Below are positions 38,247 through 45,798 of a DNA stretch of 63,265 bases, piece after piece. The notes below the pieces were generated by a model. That model was not told the DNA's origin. It worked only from the letters and a program-made list of their open reading frames with translations, and made no database searches. The stretch comes from Candidatus Uhrbacteria bacterium. Its GTDB lineage: Bacteria > Patescibacteriota > Patescibacteriia > UBA9934 > UBA11717. Within the stretch, counting starts at the first letter, position 1, and every line of letters begins with the position of its first letter. Location: positions 1 to 63,265 of the forward strand of contig JABIWD010000062.1 in NCBI GenBank assembly GCA_018701105.1, in the 5' to 3' direction. The position numbers were made by a program, and so were the translations under genes.

Positions 38247-39476
38247 ATGACATTCCGAATGCAGAAAATATTGGTCGTGACAGGATTTATTCTTGTCGTC
38301 GTAGCGTTCGCACTCGGGCTATACTTTGTGTTCTTTAAGGCTCCAACTGGACCTGAAGAAGTGTCACCAACGATCACGGAAGAAGGAACGGAACCTGGCG
38401 CGCTTCCTGGAACAACGGAAGCAGGCGACAGAACTCTGATAACTCCAGGAGAAGGCGAGCTTCCAACTCCAGAGCCCTCCCCTGTCGCAATAGGAGGACC
38501 TACAGAAGTTGGAGCACTTACCCTAACCGGTGTCACCAATCCATCTCTCGGAGCCGATGGCCGGTCACTCAACTTTTATGACCCAGCGGATGGAAAGTTT
38601 TACGCGGTGGACAAAGATGGTAACCGATTCGCATTGCTCCCAACAGAATATCCTGATGTAGACAACGTGGTTTGGAGCCCAGATGGCAGGAATGCTGTCG
38701 TGGAGTTTCCTGATGGCGCCAACATCGTGGTCGATTTTGCAACCGGCGACACTCACACGCTTCCACAACATTGGGAGGACTTTGATTTTTCACCAACCGG
38801 AGAGCAATTGATATCAAAGAGTATCGGAGTCGACCCTGGAAACCGCTGGCTCGTGATCTCGAATCCTGATGGATCGGGTGCAGATACGATCGCAGCACTT
38901 GGACGTAACGCGGACAAGGTACAAGTAAGTTGGTCACCAAACGACCAAGTTGTCGCCTTTTCAGACACCGGTGCGCTTACAAGTGGCTTTGGGCGCAAGC
39001 AGATGCTGGCGATCGGAAAGAACCAAGAAAACTTCCCAGGTATTGTAGTCGAAGGGTTTTCTTTTGAACCAAAGTGGAGCGAAGATGGATCACGCCTCCT
39101 ATACAGCACCCACGGACCCTCAAGCAACTACCAACCACAACTATGGCTTGTAGATGCACAGTCCGACACTCTTGGAGAAAATCGTCGTAGCGTAGCACTG
39201 AACACCTGGGCAGATAAATGCACATACTCAAACGCGACGATAGTATATTGCGCAGTTCCCCAGAGTCTTCCAGAAGGGTCAGGACTGCAAAGAGCGCTTG
39301 CGTTTGGAAAGCCCGACACGATCTACCGGGTCGATACCGATACAGGTATGACCGTGGTCGTCGGAACGCCAGAAAACCCAACGAGCATGTCCAACCTCAA
39401 CGTGAGTGATGACGGACGTACATTGTTCTATCAAAACGTATTGACCGGCACCCTACAACAAATTCAGGTGAAATAG
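38247..39476 (+). CDS. membrane-anchored TolB-like beta-propeller (PD40 repeats)
   Basis: N-terminal TM, Pro/Glu/Thr linker, then repeated WSPDG/FSPTG/WSPND/WSEDG motifs typical of PD40/TolB blades. Confidence 0.75.
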   Translation: MTFRMQKILVVTGFILVVVAFALGLYFVFFKAPTGPEEVSPTITEEGTEPGALPGTTEAGDRTLITPGEGELPTPEPSPVAIGGPTEVGALTLTGVTNPSLGADGRSLNFYDPADGKFYAVDKDGNRFALLPTEYPDVDNVVWSPDGRNAVVEFPDGANIVVDFATGDTHTLPQHWEDFDFSPTGEQLISKSIGVDPGNRWLVISNPDGSGADTIAALGRNADKVQVSWSPNDQVVAFSDTGALTSGFGRKQMLAIGKNQENFPGIVVEGFSFEPKWSEDGSRLLYSTHGPSSNYQPQLWLVDAQSDTLGENRRSVALNTWADKCTYSNATIVYCAVPQSLPEGSGLQRALAFGKPDTIYRVDTDTGMTVVVGTPENPTSMSNLNVSDDGRTLFYQNVLTGTLQQIQVK

Positions 39477-39479
39477 GAT

Positions 39480-40118
39480 ATGCATAATAAATTGCTATTA
39501 CTGATACTCGGAGCGCTCGCAGGAACAATCTTGTTGGTGTTCATTATCGTTGTCATCCCTGAAAAGTCACTGCAAACGCAAGAAATAGAGAGTGTCCCTG
39601 AAAAGCTCACGGAACCTCCGATTAGTTTTATAGACCCAATGCGAGGCAACCCTAAGGCAAACGTCACTATCATCGAATATGGGGACTTTGATTGCCCACT
39701 TTGTAAAACTGTTGAACCAGAACTCGTAGCCCTAATTGCCGAAGAGCCCAATAAGCGACGACTGGTTTGGAAAGATGCACCAAACGAAACAGCTCACCCC
39801 AACTCGTTTGTAGCCGCCATGGCAGCACGCTGTGCACAAAATCAAGGCCTTTTCTGGGATATGCACGACAAGATGATGCAGCAAGGCGTCGGGCTTGGTG
39901 CAGAGAACATAAAGAATATGGCAACCGAAGTTGGTTTGAATATTTCTGCTTTCGACAACTGTATGTCTTCGGAAATCACCCGGCCAGTCGTAGAGCACAC
40001 GCTGGACGAAGCAGTTGCTCTAGACCTAACAGGGACACCGACGATCTTCATCAACGGAGTTGAATATACAGGACCACTGACAAAGGATGGACTAACACTT
40101 GCGATTGAGGCTCTATGA
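39480..40118 (+). CDS. DsbA-family thiol:disulfide oxidoreductase
   Basis: N-terminal TM anchor, CPLC active site in IIEYGDFDCPLCK, C-terminal GTPT(I)FING cis-Pro loop. Confidence 0.85.
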   Translation: MHNKLLLLILGALAGTILLVFIIVVIPEKSLQTQEIESVPEKLTEPPISFIDPMRGNPKANVTIIEYGDFDCPLCKTVEPELVALIAEEPNKRRLVWKDAPNETAHPNSFVAAMAARCAQNQGLFWDMHDKMMQQGVGLGAENIKNMATEVGLNISAFDNCMSSEITRPVVEHTLDEAVALDLTGTPTIFINGVEYTGPLTKDGLTLAIEAL

Positions 40119-41467
40119 TGAGACGAGCGTTGATAATATCTTCCCTGCTAATCTTTTGTACCCTTTTAGCGGCCCCAGTTGCCATGGCGCAGGAAGAGAG
40201 CAAGAAGAAGAAAGTGGACGCGATTCCAATAGAGTATCAAGTTAATATTCCAGGGCTTGGTGACGAGGCGCAAATCGTATATGGTCCAACAGGTGGCTGC
40301 CCAGTTGACCATGTTTGCGTACGCACCATATCCTCCTACATAAACGCGTTTTATAAGTGGAGTGCGTCTGCTGCGATTATAATGGCCATCATTATAATAA
40401 TGATCGGTGGTATCGAATATATGATCGGATCGGCAGTTGGTACTATAGAAAAAGCAAAGGACCATATAAAAAATGGAGTGATTGGTCTTCTATTGGTCTT
40501 TTCAACGTCCGCAGTCCTGTCATTCGTGAACCCAAATATCACTCAAATAAGCGCAATGGAGCTACCCGCTATTGAAACGGTGTTCGTTACATCAGAGAAT
40601 ACAGATCAAGATAACGCCGATCCCGATCCTGGTAACCCTGGGCAAGTTGGCCTTCCACCGGTCACGACATCAAGTAACCCTCAAAAATTAGCCCTTCAGC
40701 CTTCAGGGTCTAATGTAACAGTGCCGAGCGCTCGACCGGCAAAGCAAGTTCCCGTGAATGAAGTGGTTACAGCGCCCACGGTCCCCTATTACAACCAAAG
40801 AAGCTACAGCGATGTTTACGGCGGGTGCGGCACTATCAAATCTTCTGGGTGTGGCCCAACATCCGCAGCAATGGTGCTCAGCTATCTGGAAGTCAATGCA
40901 GATCCACCAAAGGTTGCAAGCGCCTTCGCTGCTGACGGATTTAGAGCATGCCCCAAAGACGATGAGGGGAAGCCAATCTGTGACAAATGCAACGGTACAA
41001 ACTGGGGAGCGTTCACCTCCTCAAGTATTGTCACAGACAACAATCTAGTTGGCAGACAAATACAGGCAATCAACAGAAAAGAGATTCTATCACTCCTCTC
41101 AGCAGGAAAACCGCTTATTGCGTCAATGGGTTGTAGTCGTTTTACTAGGTATGGTCACTTCGTAGTGCTTACCGGAATGAATGCTGATGGTACAATTGCC
41201 GTGAACGACCCTAATAGCACATCACGGAATCAAACCACGGCAAGTGAATTATGGGAGGAAGTGTACGTGACCGCAGATGGAAAGCGTGACTGTACCCAGA
41301 GGGGTAACAGAGCAGCCCTTAAATCGGTCTGGCTAATTGAGTCAAAAGACGCAACGTCTAGAAATACGGAACTCGACGAAGAAGACATCTGGCCGAACGA
41401 CCACCTTCAACTAGCAAGTTCCTTCTTACTCGACTCGGTGAAGAACTTTGTACCTAAACCGCTATGA
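40115..41467 (+). CDS. T4SS-pilin-like (VirB2/TrbC-type) N-terminal module fused to a C39-like cysteine peptidase domain
   Basis: Signal peptide, then the pilin-like two-helix segment AAIIMAIIIIMIGGIEYMIGSAVGTIEKAKDHIKNGVIGLLLVFS. The C-terminal domain has YYNQ...SGCGPTSAAMVLSYL and GHFVVLTGMNADGTIAVNDPN, a papain-like Cys/His pair. ATGA overlap with dsbA. Confidence 0.7.
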   Translation: MMRRALIISSLLIFCTLLAAPVAMAQEESKKKKVDAIPIEYQVNIPGLGDEAQIVYGPTGGCPVDHVCVRTISSYINAFYKWSASAAIIMAIIIIMIGGIEYMIGSAVGTIEKAKDHIKNGVIGLLLVFSTSAVLSFVNPNITQISAMELPAIETVFVTSENTDQDNADPDPGNPGQVGLPPVTTSSNPQKLALQPSGSNVTVPSARPAKQVPVNEVVTAPTVPYYNQRSYSDVYGGCGTIKSSGCGPTSAAMVLSYLEVNADPPKVASAFAADGFRACPKDDEGKPICDKCNGTNWGAFTSSSIVTDNNLVGRQIQAINRKEILSLLSAGKPLIASMGCSRFTRYGHFVVLTGMNADGTIAVNDPNSTSRNQTTASELWEEVYVTADGKRDCTQRGNRAALKSVWLIESKDATSRNTELDEEDIWPNDHLQLASSFLLDSVKNFVPKPL

Positions 41468-42813
41468 GAATACGAAGCATAATCCTAGCGCTACTGATCG
41501 CCCTCCCCCTAATCACACCAGGGGCAGTCTTTGCTGCTGCATCCACTCAACCAGAAGTAATCGCACCACAACTCCAAGTTAACATCCCAGGATTAGGAGA
41601 GGATGATTTTAAAGGTAGCGTGATTGTTGGAACAAACCAAACACGCGAGCAGTGTACTCCTGGAAAAGTTTGCGTTGGTACAATATCAGTTTATCTGAAT
41701 GCGGTTTTCAAGTTCATGGTTACTGCGGGAATAATCTTCAGTATCGTGATCATAATGATCGGCGGAATTGAGTACATGGTGGGGTCGGCCTCTGGCTCTA
41801 TCGAAAAAGCAAAAAAGCACATAACCGGTGCGGTAACTGGACTCGCGCTACTTCTTGCCGCGACTTCGATAGTGACATTTATTAATCCAGATATATCCGG
41901 ACTTCGGTCACTAGAACTTACTATACTAAAAAATGTCCCGTACGCTCCAAAAACCGACGTGAAAGAGACCGCGTTTGGTACAGCTGTAAAAACCGACTTA
42001 CTTGGAGCTGACGGAGAAATGTTTAAAGGCGGGCTGCCAGTCAAAGACGCTGAAGGTAACATCGTAGATGACATCATGCTAGGAAATGGGTCAGATAACA
42101 TTTGGATGCACGAAAAAGCAATCATCCGTTTACAGGCGGCAGCTGGCCAGCTGAACTCCCAGAATACTGGCGATGTGAAGCCACATAAACTGGAATTACT
42201 TCAGACATATATATCGCCTCAAAAGGCAGCGATCAAATTTATTGAAAAATGTGTATACGACAACTGTTCACAAGACCCTTACTGCAACCCATTCCCTGAT
42301 GGTCAGGTAGTCGAAGGAAGTTACACTGATGGATTCACGCTCACATCTGCTATCAAGGAGGAGAGCAAGGACATGAAGAACGAGGAGTTCTATGCCCTAG
42401 TTGGCCAACAAGCACTCTTAAACGACACTCCCAGGTGCCCTTTCCAAACCGGATTCGCCGTCGCCGCAGTTTGCTATGGTGACTCTGTCAACAAAGCAGA
42501 CGCTGAATGCCAGAAAAAGCTTGAGAAGGTCATGAAAACTAACAACTTTTGCAGATCTGTAATGCATCCGTGGCTTTACGAATTCGAAGGCAAGCAAGTA
42601 CTTGATTCTACAAAGGGCTGTGAGGCTCCACCTGGAATCATGCTTATGCCAGAAGCAAACGAGACCTTCTGGAATAAATGCAACTCTTCACATACTTTTT
42701 CCTATACAGGCGACGGTACAGTGCTCTGTGCTAGAGAGTATGGTGATGCTTGTTCTGACGCAGGAGTGCGAACAAAGGATAATGTTGACTTAACTACAGG
42801 AAGATGCGACTAG
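41464..42813 (+). CDS. T4SS-pilin-like N-terminal module fused to a Cys-rich extracellular domain (possible degenerate M15/VanY-like fold)
   Basis: The N-terminal about 130 aa are clearly paralogous to 40115..41467 (IIMIGGIEYMVGSASGSIEKAKKHI). The C-terminal about 260 aa contain about 14 Cys. ATGA overlap with the previous gene. Confidence 0.65.
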   Translation: MRIRSIILALLIALPLITPGAVFAAASTQPEVIAPQLQVNIPGLGEDDFKGSVIVGTNQTREQCTPGKVCVGTISVYLNAVFKFMVTAGIIFSIVIIMIGGIEYMVGSASGSIEKAKKHITGAVTGLALLLAATSIVTFINPDISGLRSLELTILKNVPYAPKTDVKETAFGTAVKTDLLGADGEMFKGGLPVKDAEGNIVDDIMLGNGSDNIWMHEKAIIRLQAAAGQLNSQNTGDVKPHKLELLQTYISPQKAAIKFIEKCVYDNCSQDPYCNPFPDGQVVEGSYTDGFTLTSAIKEESKDMKNEEFYALVGQQALLNDTPRCPFQTGFAVAAVCYGDSVNKADAECQKKLEKVMKTNNFCRSVMHPWLYEFEGKQVLDSTKGCEAPPGIMLMPEANETFWNKCNSSHTFSYTGDGTVLCAREYGDACSDAGVRTKDNVDLTTGRCD

Positions 42814-42830
42814 TGTGCTAAAATAACCCC

Positions 42831-44108
42831 ATGTTCAGCTGTAGCTATTGTGATACGCAGCACCTAAAGTGGTCTGGGCGATGTACCGAATGCGGTAAAT
42901 GGGGGACGCTGGGCGAGGGTGAAAGCGTGAAATCCAAAAAAGCAACAACAGCTGCCAAACCGGCAGCTGTTTTGACGTTCAAAGATATTAAGACATCGGA
43001 GGTCAATAAACGGGTAACTGGGATATCCGAGCTCGATAGAGTGCTCGGAGGCGGACTCGTTCCCGGACAAGTGATCTTGCTTTCTGGTGAGCCAGGCGTT
43101 GGAAAGTCTACCCTACTCGCAAACCTTGCAGGAACGATGGACGGCACCATCATGTACGTCGCGGGTGAAGAGTCCCCCGCTCAACTTAAGATGCGGTTCG
43201 ACAGACTTGGATCTGAAACAAAGAACGTTAAGATCATCACAAAAACGCAGGTCGAGCCTGTCATATCTGCCGTGTCCAAAGAAAAGCCGCATCTCGTGAT
43301 CGTAGACTCAATACAGACAATGACCACGAGCGAGCACGAAGGTTCCGCTGGAGCGCCGACGCATTTGCGAGCCTCCACAGCGCAACTCGTAGCCTTGGCC
43401 AAGACGAGCAACATCCCAGTAATACTCGTCGGCCAGATCACCAAGGACGGCAACGTCGCGGGGCCTAAGATGCTCGAGCACATGGTAGACACTGTTCTAC
43501 ACTTCGGAGGTGACCCAAGACACGCATATCGCCTGCTACGCGCGTCCAAGCACCGTTTCGGAGGGATTGATGAGGTTGGGGTGTTCGAGATGACGGAGAA
43601 AGGCCTGCTCGGTGTAGAATCGCCCTCTTCCCTGTTCATAAACGACGGACCAGCCGCGCCAGGAACTGCAATGGTGTGTACAATAGAAGGGTCACGAGCT
43701 TTCCTCGTGGAGATTCAAGCGCTCGTGAACACGTCGAGCTACGGAACACCTGTTAGACGAGGCTCCGGCTTCAACTCGAACAGAATGCAGATGTTGCTCG
43801 CTATCATCGAGAAACATGGCAAAGTCTCGTTTTCCGGAGAAGACGTTTATGTAAACGTGGTTGGAGGCATGAATGTGAAGGAGCCAGCGGTCGATCTTGC
43901 GGTATGTGCCGCGCTCATAAGCTCGAAACTCGACAAAGCAATACCAAAGGATACAGTTATATTTGGAGAAGTCGGACTCGGAGGTGAAGTGAGATCGGTG
44001 CCTATGCACGATAGACGCGGCAAAGAGTCCAAGAGACTCGGTATGACCAAGACGATGTCGGCGGAGGATATTAAAACGATACGAGATCTAGTAGCTCGAA
44101 TTAAGTAA
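42831..44108 (+). CDS. radA: DNA repair protein RadA
   Basis: N-terminal C4 zinc finger (CSYCDTQHLKWSGRCTECGKW), Walker A GEPGVGKST, KNRFG-type motif (KHRFGG), Lon-like C-terminal domain. Confidence 0.95.
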   Translation: MFSCSYCDTQHLKWSGRCTECGKWGTLGEGESVKSKKATTAAKPAAVLTFKDIKTSEVNKRVTGISELDRVLGGGLVPGQVILLSGEPGVGKSTLLANLAGTMDGTIMYVAGEESPAQLKMRFDRLGSETKNVKIITKTQVEPVISAVSKEKPHLVIVDSIQTMTTSEHEGSAGAPTHLRASTAQLVALAKTSNIPVILVGQITKDGNVAGPKMLEHMVDTVLHFGGDPRHAYRLLRASKHRFGGIDEVGVFEMTEKGLLGVESPSSLFINDGPAAPGTAMVCTIEGSRAFLVEIQALVNTSSYGTPVRRGSGFNSNRMQMLLAIIEKHGKVSFSGEDVYVNVVGGMNVKEPAVDLAVCAALISSKLDKAIPKDTVIFGEVGLGGEVRSVPMHDRRGKESKRLGMTKTMSAEDIKTIRDLVARIK

Positions 44109-44119
44109 CTCGCGCAATT

Positions 44120-44209
44120 GTCATTCTGAGTGGCAACGTAAGAATCTCATCGTTCTAGAGCGCGCTCCTGGCATTATGAGATCCTCACGTCGTTCCTCCT
44201 CAGGATGAC
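44120..44209. repeat. MITE/REP-like element, copy 3 (reverse orientation of copy 1)
   Basis: GTCATTCTGAGTGGCAACGTAAGAATCTCAT (44120-44150), 25-nt spacer, ATGAGATCCTCACGTCGTTCCTCCTCAGGATGAC (44176-44209). The right arm is the exact reverse complement of 6273-6306. Confidence 0.85.
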
Positions 44210-45746
44210 AAAGAACACTGAAACTAATCTTACTATGAATATCTTTCAAGAAAACAAATATCCAGTGATACAAGGAAACGAGAAGGCTTCGACCGGTTTT
44301 TGTACCGTTTGGAATCAGGCCGATGTTGCCATAAAAGCGTCGCCAGAGCTTCTTGAGAAGGCTGCCATTGTAGGAACTCTGTATTCGCGTCAGGGAGTGA
44401 ACGTGGTTTTACGGAACCTCGCACTCAATCCGCATATACGGACCCTCGCACTCTGGGGGCACGGTCCTCTTTCAAATACTCCTTTTGGCACGAGTGGGAC
44501 CGATATCTTGAAAGCTCTCTGGAAAGACGGGGTGAACGACGACTCGACCGTGATCGGAACCTCGTTCCAATTGGAACAAGAGATCGATATTGAGGTCGTT
44601 CGGAAGATGATCACGAAAGTTGAACTTTTCGATCTGTCTGAACACGATTTGTGTACAGCCGTTTCAAAGATCGAGGCGACATCGTCTATGCCATACATGG
44701 ATTCAGTAGACTTCCCTCCTCCTGTCCCGCAAGAAATCTCTACGCTGCCATCAGAGAAGATCGGCTTCACAGTTCACGGCAACACCGTACTCGAAGCTTG
44801 GCGCAAACTCGTTTTTCACATTATGCGATACGGAACTGTTAAAGGTTCGCAGTACGGAATGGAACAAAAGGAATTATTGTCGGCACAATGGGTGATTCAC
44901 AATGAGCCATGCTTGTTCCCGCAAGACATACCCGAGGACTGGCCAGATCAACTCAAGGAAACTATCGGCGCTACGAGTGCAGCTATCGAGCAGTATCACG
45001 ATGTGTTCCTGAGTGCGAAAACAAAGGAGGGCGTGGCGTACACTTACGGCTCACGACTTCGCGACTGGAAGCTCGGCGATCATGTGGTCGACCAGGTCAA
45101 AGATGGACTCATCGCAAACCTAACATCGAGCCCAGACTCACGTCGTGCAATTGCAACTACACTGATCCCAGCGCAAGATGCATCTTCCAAGTCTCCTCCT
45201 TGCCTGATATCTGTACAGTGCATACAGAGCGAAGGTAAGCTAAATATGATAGCTTCTTTCCGTAGTCACGACATTTTCAAGGCAGCGATCCCGAATGCGT
45301 TCGGATTAATCGCCATGCACCAGGAGGTCTCGGACGCCACAGGATTCGAGCGCGGCTCACTCTGCATTCAGTCACATAGCGCGCACGTGTACGAAGGTGA
45401 CTTTGAACATGCAGAGAAGTTGATCAACTGCTCATACCTTGAACGTGATCCTGCGAAGGTATTTGATGCAATGTTCAGTGACAAGCGCGGAAGTATCGTC
45501 ATCCGAGTTGAGGATCGCGAGATCGTAGCCGAGCATCACACCGGTGACGGCGCGTTGATTGCAGAATACCGAGGAAGCTCGGCGCGTGATCTGACGTTAA
45601 AGCTCGGACATCTCAATATAATCTCACAAGTTTCCCATGCTCTCGACATTGGTATGGAGTTACAAAAAGCCGAGCATGCGATGAAGCTCGGACTTACATA
45701 CAATCAAGATAGACCGCTGCAGATTCAAATAAAAGAGGTGGTGTAG
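44205..45746 (+). CDS. thymidylate-synthase-fold protein (archaeal-type ThyA-like core) with extra N- and C-terminal domains
   Basis: The core SRRAIATTLIP...SPPCLISVQC...FRSHDIFKAAIPNAFGL...SHSAHVYE aligns by eye to ThyA motifs RR.I / PPC / (Y)QRS.D / P.N / H.Y. ATG 44205 lies inside the repeat arm, so ATG 44235 is an alternative start. Confidence 0.7.
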   Translation: MTKNTETNLTMNIFQENKYPVIQGNEKASTGFCTVWNQADVAIKASPELLEKAAIVGTLYSRQGVNVVLRNLALNPHIRTLALWGHGPLSNTPFGTSGTDILKALWKDGVNDDSTVIGTSFQLEQEIDIEVVRKMITKVELFDLSEHDLCTAVSKIEATSSMPYMDSVDFPPPVPQEISTLPSEKIGFTVHGNTVLEAWRKLVFHIMRYGTVKGSQYGMEQKELLSAQWVIHNEPCLFPQDIPEDWPDQLKETIGATSAAIEQYHDVFLSAKTKEGVAYTYGSRLRDWKLGDHVVDQVKDGLIANLTSSPDSRRAIATTLIPAQDASSKSPPCLISVQCIQSEGKLNMIASFRSHDIFKAAIPNAFGLIAMHQEVSDATGFERGSLCIQSHSAHVYEGDFEHAEKLINCSYLERDPAKVFDAMFSDKRGSIVIRVEDREIVAEHHTGDGALIAEYRGSSARDLTLKLGHLNIISQVSHALDIGMELQKAEHAMKLGLTYNQDRPLQIQIKEVV

Positions 45747-45791
45747 GGCAATTCAAATGGGCAATTGGGCAAATTTCAATTTATTGAAGTT
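45747..45791. repeat. GGCAAATTTCAATTT-family intergenic repeat, copy C
   Basis: GGCAATTCAAATGGGCAATTGGGCAAATTTCAATTTATTGAAGTT fills almost the entire gap between the convergent 44205..45746 and recG. Confidence 0.75.
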
Positions 45792-45798
45792 TGTCTTT

